Positions 9,975-20,825 of a stretch of DNA of 32,000 bases are shown here, in pieces (the first letter of the stretch is position 1; each line of letters starts with the position of its first letter). The notes beneath the pieces were generated by a model, which did no database searches, was not told where the DNA came from, and saw only the letters and a list, made by a program, of their open reading frames with translations. A program made the translations under genes and the position numbers. The stretch spans positions 13,083 to 45,082 of the forward strand of contig CAKOLT010000006.1 in NCBI GenBank assembly GCA_934096315.1. Direction: 5' to 3'. Origin of the DNA: an uncultured Bacilli bacterium (GTDB lineage Bacteria; Bacillota_I; Bacilli_A; RF39; UBA660).

Positions 9975-11067
9975 TAAGAAAATCCTTTAGTTTTCTACTT
10001 CTTGATGGGTGTCTTAGTTTTCTTAAGGCTTTAGCTTCAATTTGTCTAATTCTTTCTCTAGTTACTCCGAACATTTGTCCTACTTCTTCTAGTGTTTTGC
10101 AAGAGCCATCATCTAAACCAAATCTTAGTCTTAGTACTTGCTCCTCTCTTTCAGTTAGAGTTAATAGTACATCAAATATTTCATCTTTAAGCATTTCATG
10201 GACAGTAAATTCTTCAGGTGACATTGTTCTTTCATCTTTGACAAAGTCTCCGAGATGGGAGTCGTCTTCTTCCCCGATAGGAGTTTCTAGAGAAACTGGT
10301 TCTTGAGCTATTTTAATTACTTCTCTAATTTTTTCAACAGAAAGGTGCATCTTTTTAGATAGTTCTTCTTCAGTGGGTTCTCTATTTAATTCAAGGGTTA
10401 GTTGTCTTTGATAACGTGATAGTCTGTTAATGGTCTCTACCATATGTACAGGTACCCTGATTGTTCTTGCTTGGTCTGCTATTGCCCTTGTTATGGCTTG
10501 TCTTATCCACCATGTAGCATAGGTTGAGAATTTGTATCCTTTAGCGGCATCAAACTTTTCAACTGCTTTCATAAGTCCAATGTTACCTTCTTGGATTAAA
10601 TCTAGAAATAGCATACCTCTTCCGACATATCTTTTAGCAATACTAACTACTAATCTTAGGTTAGATTCTGCTAATATGTTTTTTGCTTCTTCGTCTCCTG
10701 CTACTATTCTTTCAGATAAGGCAGTCTCTTCTTCTAAAGAAAGTAAGCTTATTTTTCCTATTTCTTTTAAATACATTCTAACGGGGTCGTTAATTGTTAA
10801 TTCTTTGGCTAGATTACTGTCTTTAAGTAAATCTTCGAACCCATCTTCATCTTCTCCCTCGTCTTCAGAACCAGATATTTCATCATCGGTTACTACTTGA
10901 ATATTATTTTCCATTAAACTATTATATAAATCATCTAAGGAATCGCTATCAAGATCTAAACCTTTTAAAACTTTGGCAATTTCTTCATAAGTAACATAAC
11001 CTTTTTCCTTACCAATATTAATTAACTCATCTTTTCTTTCTTCAAAACTTTTAATTTCTTCAATCAT
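9967..11067 (-). CDS. rpoD: primary RNA polymerase sigma factor (sigma-70 / SigA)
   Basis: 366 aa. Acidic region 1, region 2 [27 protein letters not shown], region 4 [30 protein letters not shown]. Overlaps the dnaG stop by 4 nt. Confidence 0.95.
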   Translation of the reverse strand: MIEEIKSFEERKDELINIGKEKGYVTYEEIAKVLKGLDLDSDSLDDLYNSLMENNIQVVTDDEISGSEDEGEDEDGFEDLLKDSNLAKELTINDPVRMYLKEIGKISLLSLEEETALSERIVAGDEEAKNILAESNLRLVVSIAKRYVGRGMLFLDLIQEGNIGLMKAVEKFDAAKGYKFSTYATWWIRQAITRAIADQARTIRVPVHMVETINRLSRYQRQLTLELNREPTEEELSKKMHLSVEKIREVIKIAQEPVSLETPIGEEDDSHLGDFVKDERTMSPEEFTVHEMLKDEIFDVLLTLTEREEQVLRLRFGLDDGSCKTLEEVGQMFGVTRERIRQIEAKALRKLRHPSRSRKLKDFLND

Positions 11068-12776
11068 ATTTTCACTCCTTTAATTTTCATTATTTTACTT
11101 AAAATGCTTGCCTTTTTTAGGGGATCTGGTTCTTTTTTTAACTCTTCCTCTAAAGACATTATTTTACTTTTTTTAGGATATTCATTTATTAAATATATAT
11201 AGTCATCTATTTCTTCAAATGTGTATTCTTCTTTAAGATTCATAGTTGTTATTTCTTTAAATAATTTGAATAGTTCCTCATTAGATATTAAATAAGTTAT
11301 AAAATCTGCGACTACTAGAATACCATATTTATGATAAAATGTAAAGATTTCATTGACTAAATATCTTAAATTATCATTTGGGAAATAAGATAGTTTATCT
11401 TCTACATACTCTAAAACTTCTTTATCTTTAATCATATAGTATATTAAATATCTTTGTGCTTTATCATATTTACCATATTTTACCTTGGTTTTAACCAAAG
11501 GTTGTATATCATTTTTGGGGATATTTAAATTAATACTGTCATATTTTTCTTTTAGTTTTTCGTAGGAGATGTTATACTCTTTTTCCATTTTCTTTAAAGT
11601 AAGTTCTACTAGTAGGTCATCCTTAGATTTTGTTAATTCTTTTAGGGAATAATTTATATATTTTGATATATCTTCTAAGTCTGTAAAATTTGTGGAATTT
11701 TTATATATATTCATTTTATATTCTATAGCATTTAAGGGAGAATTTATTTTAGCTATAAAACTGTCTTTTCCTCTGTTTAAAATATATTCATCTGGATCTA
11801 GGTTATCTTCGAGTCTTATTACTTTAACTATTACTCCGAGATCTTCAAAAATGCTAATAGCGTTGTTTGTGGCTTCTTCTCCAGCTTTATCTCCATCAAA
11901 GCATAATATTATATTATTTGCCATTTTCTTTAGGGTTAAGGCGTTTTGTTTTGTTAAAGCAGTTCCCATTGTGGCTACACAGTTATTTACTCCGATGGTG
12001 GATGCTCTAATTACATCCATAAATCCTTCCATAACTATTATAGTGTCATTCTTTTTTAAATGCTCTTTGGCATTGTGATAATTATATAATATGTTTCCTT
12101 TTTTAAAGATACTTGTTTCTTTGGTATTTACATATTTACTCCCTTCTTTGGTATTGTATCTTCTTCCTGAGAAGGCTACTATTTTACCAGATAAATCAAA
12201 TAAGGGAAACATGATTCTTCCAGTAAATATATCACTAGCAGAGTCTGTTGTTAAACCTATATCAATTAATTTATCTAGGGAATAACCTCGGCCTAGTAGA
12301 TAATCTGTTATAGATACTCTTGTGATTGATAATCCTATTTTAAATTTATTTATTGTCTCATCATCTATTTGTCTACCATGCAAATAGGCTAAGGCGTTTT
12401 TTCCTAGAGATGTGTTTAGGTTATTTTGATAGTATTTGCAAGCGTTTTCGTATATTTCATAGGCTATGTCTTCTACTTTTTCTTTGGCAGAGGATAGATT
12501 GTAGCCTATATTACTGCCTAAAAGTTTTACGGCTTCGAAATAGGATATGTGTTCGAAGTCTGCGACAAAGTTAAATACATTACCTGAAGCTCCACATGAA
12601 AAACATGTATATATTTGTTTTTCAGGAGATACACTCATACTTGGAGAATGGTCATCATGGAATGGACAGACTCCAAAATAATTTTTACCTTTTTTTTCAA
12701 GAGATACATATTTAGATATTAACTGTACTATGTCTGTTTTATTTCTAATGTCTGTAACTATTTGGTTATCTATCAT
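11064..12776 (-). CDS. dnaG: DNA primase
   Basis: 570 aa. Zinc ribbon [13 protein letters not shown]...CFSCGASGN and TOPRIM block [11 protein letters not shown] ... [13 protein letters not shown]. Confidence 0.95.
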   Translation of the reverse strand: MIDNQIVTDIRNKTDIVQLISKYVSLEKKGKNYFGVCPFHDDHSPSMSVSPEKQIYTCFSCGASGNVFNFVADFEHISYFEAVKLLGSNIGYNLSSAKEKVEDIAYEIYENACKYYQNNLNTSLGKNALAYLHGRQIDDETINKFKIGLSITRVSITDYLLGRGYSLDKLIDIGLTTDSASDIFTGRIMFPLFDLSGKIVAFSGRRYNTKEGSKYVNTKETSIFKKGNILYNYHNAKEHLKKNDTIIVMEGFMDVIRASTIGVNNCVATMGTALTKQNALTLKKMANNIILCFDGDKAGEEATNNAISIFEDLGVIVKVIRLEDNLDPDEYILNRGKDSFIAKINSPLNAIEYKMNIYKNSTNFTDLEDISKYINYSLKELTKSKDDLLVELTLKKMEKEYNISYEKLKEKYDSINLNIPKNDIQPLVKTKVKYGKYDKAQRYLIYYMIKDKEVLEYVEDKLSYFPNDNLRYLVNEIFTFYHKYGILVVADFITYLISNEELFKLFKEITTMNLKEEYTFEEIDDYIYLINEYPKKSKIMSLEEELKKEPDPLKKASILSKIMKIKGVKI

Positions 12777-12795
12777 AATGCACCCCTTTCTAATA

Positions 12796-13821
12796 TTATT
12801 TTATAAACATAGAGTCTCCAAAAGAGAAAAATCTATACTTATTTTCTACTGCACTTTTATAAGCATTTAGTATTATATCTCTTGAGGTAAAGGCACTAAC
12901 TAACATTATTAAAGTTGATTTTGGTAAATGGAAATTAGTAATTATTCCTTGTACCGCTTTAAACTTGTATCCAGGATATATAAATATATCAGTCCAGCCA
13001 CTTGTGGGGATAAATGAATTATATTTATTCATTACAGTCTCTAGTGTTCTGGTAGTAGTGGTACCTACAGAAATTATTTTTCTGCCTTCTTTTTGGGCTT
13101 GATTTAAAATATCTGCGGTAGTTTTTGAAATACTGAAGTACTCGCTGTGCATTTTATGCTTAGTTATATCTTCTTCTGTTACTGGTCTAAATGTACCTAT
13201 TCCCACGTGAAGTGTTATATAGCATATTGTTACACCTTTATCAGATATTTGTTTTAATAATTCTTTTGTGAAATGAAGTCCAGCGGTAGGAGCTGCAACA
13301 CTTCCGACATTTTTCGCATATACAGTCTGGTATCTATCTTTATCTTTTAGTTTTTCTTTGATATATGGAGGAAGGGGCATACTACCTAGTTTATCTAGTA
13401 TTTCCATTAAAATTCCATCATATATTAATTCAAACTCTTTGATACCATCTTCTTCTTCTTTTATACATTTTGCTTCAAGTAATCCTGATCCGAAGGATAC
13501 AATTGTACCTACTTTAACCCTTTTAGCGGGTTTAACTAGTGCTTTCCATGTTTTATCATGGACATTATTTAATAAAAGTAGTTCTATATTTGCTAAGGTA
13601 TCTTTTTTTATACCTATTATTCTTGCGGGTAATACCTTGGTATCATTAAGTACAAGGATATCACCCTTATTTAAATAGTTAATAATATTTTTAAATTTTT
13701 CATGTTTTATTTCTCCAGAAGTTTTGTCTAGAACCATTAATTTAGAGTCATCCCTATTTTCAAGGGGAGATTGAGCAATTAATTCTGGAGGTAAGTTATA
13801 ATCAAAATCTTCTATATTCAT
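12796..13821 (-). CDS. queA: S-adenosylmethionine:tRNA ribosyltransferase-isomerase
   Basis: [40 protein letters not shown] and [12 protein letters not shown] motifs. The track start (13842) is a TTG; the ATG at 13821 (MNIEDFDY) has AAAGAGGA 7 nt upstream. Confidence 0.93.
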   Translation of the reverse strand: MNIEDFDYNLPPELIAQSPLENRDDSKLMVLDKTSGEIKHEKFKNIINYLNKGDILVLNDTKVLPARIIGIKKDTLANIELLLLNNVHDKTWKALVKPAKRVKVGTIVSFGSGLLEAKCIKEEEDGIKEFELIYDGILMEILDKLGSMPLPPYIKEKLKDKDRYQTVYAKNVGSVAAPTAGLHFTKELLKQISDKGVTICYITLHVGIGTFRPVTEEDITKHKMHSEYFSISKTTADILNQAQKEGRKIISVGTTTTRTLETVMNKYNSFIPTSGWTDIFIYPGYKFKAVQGIITNFHLPKSTLIMLVSAFTSRDIILNAYKSAVENKYRFFSFGDSMFIK

Positions 13822-13924
13822 AAATAATCCTCTTTCAAACAAATATATTATAACACATATTTTCGTAAAAACGTAAAATAAATTACTTAAAAGTTAATTT
13901 TTATTGTAAATATATTAAATGAAA

Positions 13925-13952
13925 GTAAAAAATATGGAAAATTCTCCATATT
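13925..13952 (-). terminator. intrinsic terminator after dgkA
   Basis: - strand ATATGGA / TCCATAT stem (13932-13938 with 13945-13951), 6-nt loop, followed by a T-run (A-run 13926-13931 on the + strand). Confidence 0.65.
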
Positions 13953-13958
13953 TATATA

Positions 13959-14333
13959 CTACTTAAATATATTTAGTATCTTAGGTAAAAATATTATTAC
14001 TCCGATAATTGCTGAGAATATAGACATAATTAGGACGGAGGAAGCAGATACATCTTTTATAATTTTTGCAAGACTATTATATTTAGTAGTATATAAGTCT
14101 ACTACTTTCTCTAAGGCGGTATTTATTAATTCCAAGATTAATACAAAGTTAATGAGAAGTAGAATTATAATAAATTCAAATGTAGAGACTTCTAGAAGAT
14201 ATGCTAGTGATAAGGCAATCATACCTATAATTATTTCTCTAACAAAGTTTTTTTCGTGAGCAAGTACAAAGTTTATACCGTCTATACAATTTCTAAAACT
14301 ATCTTTAAATGTTCTTTTACCTTTTAATTCCAT
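13959..14333 (-). CDS. dgkA: diacylglycerol kinase family protein (DgkA / undecaprenol kinase type)
   Basis: 124 aa, three TM helices. Motifs HEKNFVREI and ELINTALEKVVD match the prokaryotic DAGK signatures (E-x-N ... E-x-x-N-T-A-x-E). Follows ybeY, as in Bacillus. Confidence 0.8.
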   Translation of the reverse strand: MELKGKRTFKDSFRNCIDGINFVLAHEKNFVREIIIGMIALSLAYLLEVSTFEFIIILLLINFVLILELINTALEKVVDLYTTKYNSLAKIIKDVSASSVLIMSIFSAIIGVIIFLPKILNIFK

Positions 14334-14757
14334 AATTATCTAATAGCTCCCTTTGTTTATCAAACATTTCTTTTTCTTCTTCTTCAGTTAAGTGATCATA
14401 CCCAAGAAGATGTAATATACCATGAGTTGCTAAAAAGCATATTTCTCTTAGAGTGGAATGCTGATATACTTTAGCTTGATTATATGCAGTGTCCACTGAT
14501 ATATAGATGTCTCCAAGGGTTCTAAATGGTTTATTTATATTTTTTTCGCCTTCTTCAAAGGCAAAGGATATTACATCAGTTGCTCTATCTACATTTCTAT
14601 ATTCTTTATTTATTTTATGTATTTCTTCATCAGTCACAAATGTTATATCAAATATACAGTTAGATAAGTTTAATTTTTTTATTACATATTCTATATAGTT
14701 AGAGACTTCTGGTAACTCTGGTATTTCTTTATTAGTGTTATTAATTACTTCGTACAT
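14317..14757 (-). CDS. ybeY: rRNA maturation endoribonuclease YbeY
   Basis: 146 aa with the zinc motif HGILHLLGYDH and an upstream TDVISF block. Confidence 0.9.
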   Translation of the reverse strand: MYEVINNTNKEIPELPEVSNYIEYVIKKLNLSNCIFDITFVTDEEIHKINKEYRNVDRATDVISFAFEEGEKNINKPFRTLGDIYISVDTAYNQAKVYQHSTLREICFLATHGILHLLGYDHLTEEEEKEMFDKQRELLDNYGIKR

Positions 14758-14770
14758 GGTTCCTCCTTTT

Positions 14771-15385
14771 TTATGACGTTAGTCCAAATAAATTAATATC
14801 AAATCCATAGATAACTATTATAACAATAATTGCTATAATAAGCAAGTTTAAAATACTATTATTTTTTAATCCTGGTATTTTACTCTGGAGAACGTCTACT
14901 ACTACATATAGGAGGAAGCCTATTATTCCCCCGATAACATTTAGTATTATATCATCTATATCAAATACTCTACCTATATAGTACTGGACTGTTTCTATAG
15001 TGCATGTTAGTATTATAGTTAGAATAAGGGGTAGTGTTAGTTTTTTGCTTTTTAAGAAGTAAGAGGCAAAGAATCCAAAAGGGATAAACATTATTATATT
15101 GCCTACTATATTTTTTATGAATTTAGGGGTTCCAAAGTCATAACGGAATATTTCTTTAAATGGGATAAAGTTGTTGGTACCAAAATTTACATCTTGGTAA
15201 GTTACTACATGGAATAAGCATAAAGCATATATTATAAATATTAACATTAATAGTTCTTTATATAAGACTATTTTCTTTTTTCCTTTGAATAAGTATGCAA
15301 GTCTTAGGGATACTGCAATTACTATAGCAATTAGTATAGTAGGCCATGTATCACTAAATACATCTAGAAAGATATTTTTAAACAT
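14771..15385 (-). CDS. VanZ-like membrane protein
   Basis: 204 aa, multi-TM. IETVQYYIGRVFDIDDIILNVIGGIIGF matches the VanZ family block (E..Q...GR.FD..D...N..G). Confidence 0.75.
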   Translation of the reverse strand: MFKNIFLDVFSDTWPTILIAIVIAVSLRLAYLFKGKKKIVLYKELLMLIFIIYALCLFHVVTYQDVNFGTNNFIPFKEIFRYDFGTPKFIKNIVGNIIMFIPFGFFASYFLKSKKLTLPLILTIILTCTIETVQYYIGRVFDIDDIILNVIGGIIGFLLYVVVDVLQSKIPGLKNNSILNLLIIAIIVIIVIYGFDINLFGLTS

Positions 15386-15403
15386 TATATTACCCCTTTC
15401 TTA

Positions 15404-17302
15404 TTAATTAGATACTGTGTATGGGTTAGAACTTGTGCCTGTTCCTCCGGTAATCATGATGTCTTTATTTAAATAGAATGTTGGATACACAAAGCTACCA
15501 GACCTAGTGCCGTCAACATTGTCAACAACATTACCTGGTGAGGCAACAGCGAATGCACGAGAATCAACGGACGAAGATGGTGTCAATAACCACTGCAATT
15601 TTGATGTATCTATCAACCAATTCATATTCTTACAACTTGTTTTGTAGTCACTTAAATTAGTGCCCGTTGCACATGTTTTTCCTGCCGCATAGCCATAATC
15701 TGATGGATACATCAAGGCTATCTTTCCTTCCCAATAATATGGTCTACTATCATTGTATCTTCCATTACGGTATCCTGTACGAGTTCTTTCATATGTATAC
15801 ATTGTTGTTGTTGTTATTTCTGATGTATTATGTCCTGCTAGATAATATCTAGTATCTCCTACTAACCCTTTTGCAGTACTACTTAACTTATAATTAGTAA
15901 AATCTACACTTATTCCGCTTTTATTATAATAGTCATATACCTTCCCTTTATGAACATCATCACTCCACCAGATACCAGCATTAAGTATCATCATAAGATA
16001 ACTGCCAGTTATAGTTTCATTACTATAGTTGGCTATAATATTATTTCTTGTATCTGTTGGTGCTGCCCATATATTTTTAGATGTTCCACTTGAATCATAG
16101 TCCCATGCAAAGGTATTTACTGTACCATCTGTAAGAGGTGTTGCTTTTTTTAACTTTAATCTATTAGTACTTGCTAACTCATCATAGATACTACCTATTA
16201 TTCTATATAAATGTTTATCTGGACATGTTGTACTTCCTTCATAATCTAAACATATATAGTTATCAGGATTAGCCCCATAATATCTATAATCATCTACCGC
16301 AGGTATTACTTCTCCGGTAACACTATCAGTACTACTTATTTCATCATGGTGGACTTTATATACTCCATTTCCATTATCACCACTTGTTCCATCATCTAGA
16401 GTTTTTACTAAGTCTACAGCTTTTACTGAACCCCATTCATATTTAGATATTGTTTTAGATGATGAGGTAGTAATATTTAATTGTTTGACTGAGTTATTAC
16501 TTATTGTAAGATTATTATTAGTAGATGTATAATCACTTCCTTTAGATAAACTGAAATTACCACTTGCTATAACTGTATTAGCATTATTTTTGACTTCTAT
16601 AGTATGGTCCCCTACTGGAACATCATATAATACATATTTTCCTTCACTATCGGTAGTAGTAGTTATTGGATCACTATGGACAGTAATAGTAGCATTAGGT
16701 ATTGGGTTATTACTACTGTCAAGTAGGTTACCCATTATTGTATAACTGTCTTTAAGTACAGCGTTTTCTCCACTTGCTCCGAGAATGAAGTTAAATGATT
16801 TACCTCCCATAGTACTTGGGTTATCTAAATTACCATTTATGTAGATATATAGTGTATATTTACTTGTTACACCGTTTGTTAATGTAGTGGTATCTAATAG
16901 TGTATATACTGTATCAGTGGTAGCACTTGCAAAATTTCCACTACTTACTGGGGTAGTAGTATCGTTTTTGTCATATAACTCCCATACAAAGCTAGAATCT
17001 TTTAATTCGTCATCAATAGATACTACTTTTAGGGTAAGTCTTGCTGTTACATCACTACATTCTGGGGTCATACTAATATCTTTTGATATTACATTGTTAG
17101 TATCATCTTTTGATAAGGCGGGTCCAAAAGATTTACCAGAAATGTTTACTCCAGCATTATATACTATATCACATGATTCAATATTAAATGTTACGTTTGT
17201 TCTACTGCTACTCCACTTAAGGTAAGCATAGCTTGCAGATAATGCTAGAGATATTATGAGTGCTAATAAAATTATTAATTTAATATTATTTTTAGTCTTC
17301 AT
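15404..17302 (-). CDS. secreted/anchored surface protein, non-diversified paralog of the DGR targets
   Basis: 632 aa. N-terminal signal/anchor (IKLIILLALIISLALSASYAYL) and a CarboxypepD_reg-like segment (ATITVHSDPITTTTDSEGKYVLYDVPVGDHTIEV). The C-terminal 330 aa are collinear with both DGR targets (DDYRYYGANPDNY...YRIIG ... WLLTP ... YPTFYLNKDIMITGGTGTSSNPYTV). Confidence 0.7.
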   Translation of the reverse strand: MKTKNNIKLIILLALIISLALSASYAYLKWSSSRTNVTFNIESCDIVYNAGVNISGKSFGPALSKDDTNNVISKDISMTPECSDVTARLTLKVVSIDDELKDSSFVWELYDKNDTTTPVSSGNFASATTDTVYTLLDTTTLTNGVTSKYTLYIYINGNLDNPSTMGGKSFNFILGASGENAVLKDSYTIMGNLLDSSNNPIPNATITVHSDPITTTTDSEGKYVLYDVPVGDHTIEVKNNANTVIASGNFSLSKGSDYTSTNNNLTISNNSVKQLNITTSSSKTISKYEWGSVKAVDLVKTLDDGTSGDNGNGVYKVHHDEISSTDSVTGEVIPAVDDYRYYGANPDNYICLDYEGSTTCPDKHLYRIIGSIYDELASTNRLKLKKATPLTDGTVNTFAWDYDSSGTSKNIWAAPTDTRNNIIANYSNETITGSYLMMILNAGIWWSDDVHKGKVYDYYNKSGISVDFTNYKLSSTAKGLVGDTRYYLAGHNTSEITTTTMYTYERTRTGYRNGRYNDSRPYYWEGKIALMYPSDYGYAAGKTCATGTNLSDYKTSCKNMNWLIDTSKLQWLLTPSSSVDSRAFAVASPGNVVDNVDGTRSGSFVYPTFYLNKDIMITGGTGTSSNPYTVSN

Positions 17303-17606
17303 TTTCTATTTCTCCCTTTTTATAATTATATATGAATGTATTGTTATTATATTGAAGTTTTACTTTTTCTTCATCTATTATTTCTGCTACTATTGGGCAA
17401 GAAGATGTACATTTATACTTAGAGAGATAATTGTTTATATTTTTTTGAGTAGTACATAAATTTTCTTTACACATATAAAAATATAAATATTCTTCTTTGG
17501 TTTCTTTTCCTTCCCAAGTAACTTTATATATAATAACTATGTAGAGTATAACTATTAATAAAACATATATACCTAATTTCCATAGGCCACTAAAAAACTT
17601 ATTCAT
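17292..17606 (-). CDS. small membrane-anchored Cys-containing hypothetical protein
   Basis: 104 aa with a TM helix (LGIYVLLIVILYIVIIY). Its 3' end overlaps the start of the 15404..17302 gene by 11 nt, suggesting translational coupling. Confidence 0.5.
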   Translation of the reverse strand: MNKFFSGLWKLGIYVLLIVILYIVIIYKVTWEGKETKEEYLYFYMCKENLCTTQKNINNYLSKYKCTSSCPIVAEIIDEEKVKLQYNNNTFIYNYKKGEIENED

Positions 17607-17661
17607 ATTCCACCTACTTATCTACAATAATCTTATCATATTTATAAGTTTTTGTAAACTA

Positions 17662-17695
17662 AAAATAAGAACTTTTATCTAAATGTTCTTATTTT
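17662..17695 (-). terminator. hairpin terminator overlapping the stop of the HAD gene
   Basis: AAAATAAGAAC (17662-17672) pairs with GTTCTTATTTT (17685-17695) around a 12-nt loop that contains the stop codon. The 3' flank on the - strand is U-rich. Confidence 0.55.
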
Positions 17696-18262
17696 GGGTT
17701 TCATACATTTGTAATCTATTGCTAATAAATCTATTAGGGAGTTTATAGTTAGAAATGTGTAATCTATATTGTCTTTAGTATAGGTTTTCTCTGTAAATAC
17801 TTGACTATCTTCATCAAATAATATTCCTATACCTCCCTTTTTAGTAAACTCTATTAAATTAGGAGCATAGTCGTCTACTAAAATACTATTTTTAGGATTT
17901 ACTACATCTGATTTTGATATGTGTTTGGCTACAAGAGAGACTGGTACTTCGTTTAGTTTTTCTTTGAAGAATCTTTTTTTAGCAATACCTTCCCCAACAG
18001 AATTGATATGGGTAAGTATTGACAAATGTTTAAAGTTTCCTGTAGCAGATATTTTTTTAATATCTTCAATACTATTATTTATTGGGTTTGCTATTGTTAA
18101 TAGTTTTTCCCAGTTTATAGTAGAATAATATAGTTTTATTTTACTTTCCATGCCTGCATATGGTTTATAGTTTTCATCTATTAAGCCTTTTTTAATAAGA
18201 TTTTCATATGTTATTTTTATGGTGTCTAATATTACACCATCACAGTCTATATATAAATTCAT
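17675..18262 (-). CDS. HAD-superfamily hydrolase, 5'(3')-deoxyribonucleotidase-like
   Basis: 195 aa. N-terminal HAD motif I LYIDCDGVILD and a late VDDYAPN motif. The size and layout are typical of small nucleotidases. Confidence 0.6.
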   Translation of the reverse strand: MNLYIDCDGVILDTIKITYENLIKKGLIDENYKPYAGMESKIKLYYSTINWEKLLTIANPINNSIEDIKKISATGNFKHLSILTHINSVGEGIAKKRFFKEKLNEVPVSLVAKHISKSDVVNPKNSILVDDYAPNLIEFTKKGGIGILFDEDSQVFTEKTYTKDNIDYTFLTINSLIDLLAIDYKCMKPKIRTFR

Positions 18263-18282
18263 TTAAATCCCCCTTTCTTTTA

Positions 18283-18804
18283 TTAACTATTTAGAAATGC
18301 AGATATACTGTCTTCTCCTTCAAAGTAGGATATTATTTCGTCATTTTGGACTTTGATTAAAGTTGGTGCTTTTACTTTTAATTCTTCAAGTACTTTAGCA
18401 CTTGGATTACTCTCTTCGCTTACATAATTGGTATTTAAAGCATCTTTTGTATTTACTCTATATACTTTATCATCTAATTTACCAATACTGTTTTCAATAT
18501 CAGATATTTTATTATCAAAATCATAGTAATATACGTAGTATACTTCTTCAGTTTGTCTGAATGTATTTTTTGCTAATATATTATTTTGTACTTGCACATT
18601 AGTCTCATTATTTTCTTTCTTACTTCCTAAGTTTATTTCTTTAGTTATGAATATAGCAGATAGTAAATAGAATATAAAGGCTACTAGTAGGACTGCTAGG
18701 ACTACTATAATATATTTTTTAAAAGTTTTGTCATCTTTTGGGGTCATTTTGCTTATATCTTTGCCGTATTTTTTTGCGTATTTTCTTTTTTGTTCTCTTC
18801 CCAT
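18283..18804 (-). CDS. hypothetical membrane-anchored protein
   Basis: The track start (18819) is a TTG. The ATG at 18804 (MGREQKRKY) lies 8 nt after GGAGG (18813-18817). Basic N-terminus, then a TM helix (YIIVVLAVLLVAFIFYLLSAIFI). Confidence 0.6.
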   Translation of the reverse strand: MGREQKRKYAKKYGKDISKMTPKDDKTFKKYIIVVLAVLLVAFIFYLLSAIFITKEINLGSKKENNETNVQVQNNILAKNTFRQTEEVYYVYYYDFDNKISDIENSIGKLDDKVYRVNTKDALNTNYVSEESNPSAKVLEELKVKAPTLIKVQNDEIISYFEGEDSISAFLNS

Positions 18805-18823
18805 ATTTTTTACCTCCAAGAGT

Positions 18824-18852
18824 ATTATACATAAAAAGTATTAGTTTGTAAA
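18824..18852 (-). promoter_or_regulatory. candidate sigma-A promoter
   Basis: - strand TTTACA (18847-18852), 17-nt spacer, TATAAT (18824-18829), then GGAGG and the ATG at 18804. Confidence 0.45.
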
Positions 18853-19010
18853 GAGTATTTTATTCTTTTTGCGTTGCATTTTCTTGCCTATTCTAGGGTA
18901 AGGATATAATACTGATTCATATTTTGTATCTTCAAAAAGTGGCAAAAAAGTGGCAGATCTATCTAACCTTCCAACTGATTCAATCTTTAAAACCTAAAGT
19001 ACTCTACACT

Positions 19011-19583
19011 CTACTTTCTATCATCCTTATAAAGTACCCTCTTCTTAACTTTTAAATTATCTTGTTTATTTTGTAATTCTTCTAAAAAATCATTTTCCAT
19101 ATTCTCTATATCAATACTACGTACTTTTCGTTTGGTAATTTCTTTATCTTGAGTTATCTTTTTTTCTTGTATTTTTTCATTTTTTAATTTTTCTATCATT
19201 TCTTCGATAAGCTGTATTTGAAACTCAGAAACTAATAATTTTCTACTTATTACTTTTGATACAACATCCATTGCTATTAATACTGGAAGACTTAATATTA
19301 CAAGTAAACATGCAAAAAATAAGTCATGTGTCGCCATAAATAATGCTGATAAGATAAAAACGAAAGTTGATGCTTTACTTGCGAAATAAATGTCTTTTAG
19401 TAAGTCTCTTTTCTTATTAAAATATATTTCAAACATCTCTTTATATTCATAAAGTAGTTCCATTTTGTTTTCTTTAGTTAATATTTCTTTTATGTTTTCA
19501 TAGTTTTGTCTAATACTTATTTCTCCATCATCACTAGTTACTATGATTAATTCATTATTTAATTCTACGTAATTTTTATTCAT
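19011..19583 (-). CDS. hypothetical membrane protein with C-terminal charged coiled-coil-like tail
   Basis: 190 aa. Two central hydrophobic helices (STFVFILSALFMA, LFFACLLVILSLPVLIAM). Overlaps the tsaC stop by 8 nt. Confidence 0.5.
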   Translation of the reverse strand: MNKNYVELNNELIIVTSDDGEISIRQNYENIKEILTKENKMELLYEYKEMFEIYFNKKRDLLKDIYFASKASTFVFILSALFMATHDLFFACLLVILSLPVLIAMDVVSKVISRKLLVSEFQIQLIEEMIEKLKNEKIQEKKITQDKEITKRKVRSIDIENMENDFLEELQNKQDNLKVKKRVLYKDDRK

Positions 19584-20607
19584 TTACTGCACTCTCCTTA
19601 TATATATAATTATGGTTACATGATCTAATTAGTCTATTCATAATAGCAAGACCTAGTCCTTCTTTTTTTACTCCCTCGATTATTATTATATCAGGGTTAT
19701 ATGTATCTGCTTTTCTAAGTAAGGTAAATATGTTATGGGATATTTCTTTTAAGTTATCTCCATAGTATAAGAATTTTTTACAAGGGATGTTTTTTAGAAT
19801 AGAACTACCTATAATTACAGAATCTTTTGTAGATATATTTTTTATATTATTAATTATCTCTTCTTTATTAGATATATATATTACCTTGCATGATGCTTTT
19901 GGAGCATAGTGTTTGTATTTCATACCTGGGGATAAGGGTTTGTTTACGTCTTTGTTAAAGATATTGTCATCTACTTTTACATTGTTAATAACTTTTTCTA
20001 TGTCTTCTTTGGTAATGTAACCAGGTCTTAGTATTACAGGCTCATTATTAATTACTCTAACTACAGTGGATTCTAAACCTATGTCTGTACTTCCTCCATC
20101 AATAATATAATCTACTTTATCTTTAAATTCTTCGTATATATCATTTATGTTAGTGCCTGAGGGGCGACCGGATATATTAGCAGATGGTGCTGCTACAGGG
20201 AACTCTAAATGTTCTAATATGGCATGGATAGTTTTTTCTTTAGGGACTCTTATACCAACGGTATCTAGTCCTCCGGAAGTATTCATGGGTATTATGTCTT
20301 TCTTTCTTAAAATGATAGTAAATGGTCCCGGCATAAATGTTTTTATTAGTTTTCTTTCTATTTCATTATCTATATAAGCATATTTTCCTATGTCCTCGAT
20401 ATTCTTTAGATGGACTATTAAGGGGTTATCTCCTTTTCTATTTTTAGCTTCAAATATTTTACTTACTGCTAATTCATCTAAGGCGTTTGCTCCGAGGCCA
20501 TATACTGTTTCAGTGGGGAAAATTACTAGACCACTATTTTTTAGGGATATTGCTATTTTATCTAAAATATAAGGGGATATTTCCTTATTTACTTTAATTA
20601 ATTCCAT
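19576..20607 (-). CDS. tsaC: L-threonylcarbamoyladenylate synthase (Sua5/YwlC long form)
   Basis: Motifs PTETVYGLGA, PLIVH, AAPSANISGRPS, plus a Sua5 C-terminal domain. I prefer the ATG at 20607 (MELIKV, with GGAGG 5 nt upstream) over the track start at 20619. Confidence 0.88.
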   Translation of the reverse strand: MELIKVNKEISPYILDKIAISLKNSGLVIFPTETVYGLGANALDELAVSKIFEAKNRKGDNPLIVHLKNIEDIGKYAYIDNEIERKLIKTFMPGPFTIILRKKDIIPMNTSGGLDTVGIRVPKEKTIHAILEHLEFPVAAPSANISGRPSGTNINDIYEEFKDKVDYIIDGGSTDIGLESTVVRVINNEPVILRPGYITKEDIEKVINNVKVDDNIFNKDVNKPLSPGMKYKHYAPKASCKVIYISNKEEIINNIKNISTKDSVIIGSSILKNIPCKKFLYYGDNLKEISHNIFTLLRKADTYNPDIIIIEGVKKEGLGLAIMNRLIRSCNHNYIYKESAVNE

Positions 20608-20676
20608 ACTTGCCTCCATTTGATATATATTTTAACATAAAACTTATATTTTGGAAAGATTAAACTTTCAATTATA

Positions 20677-20701
20677 GTAAAAAAACCACTACTTGTGGTT
20701 T
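20677..20701 (-). terminator. intrinsic terminator closing the HerA-to-DUF11 gene string
   Basis: - strand AAACCAC / GTGGTTT stem (20695-20701 with 20683-20689), 5-nt loop, followed by a T-run. Confidence 0.6.
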
Positions 20702-20825
20702 TGTCTAAAGAAAGGACAAGCACATCCTAAATAATCTTTATAAAATCTATTTATTGGACTTACTACTACGGCTTCGGTAGATTCTAGGTGTTCTCCGTTA
20801 TTATAAGTTAACATGCACTTACTTC

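Noticed and set aside
15404-17302. Third DGR target with its own VR
   Set aside because: The C-terminal region is protein-level homologous to the targets, but the DNA has no similarity to the TR and lacks the GC-only IMH-like run.
18935-18955. Direct repeat AAAAGTGGCA x2 in the 190-bp intergenic region, as a possible operator or small RNA
   Set aside because: It is only two short copies with no dyad symmetry and no flanking promoter/terminator pair on either strand that I could support.
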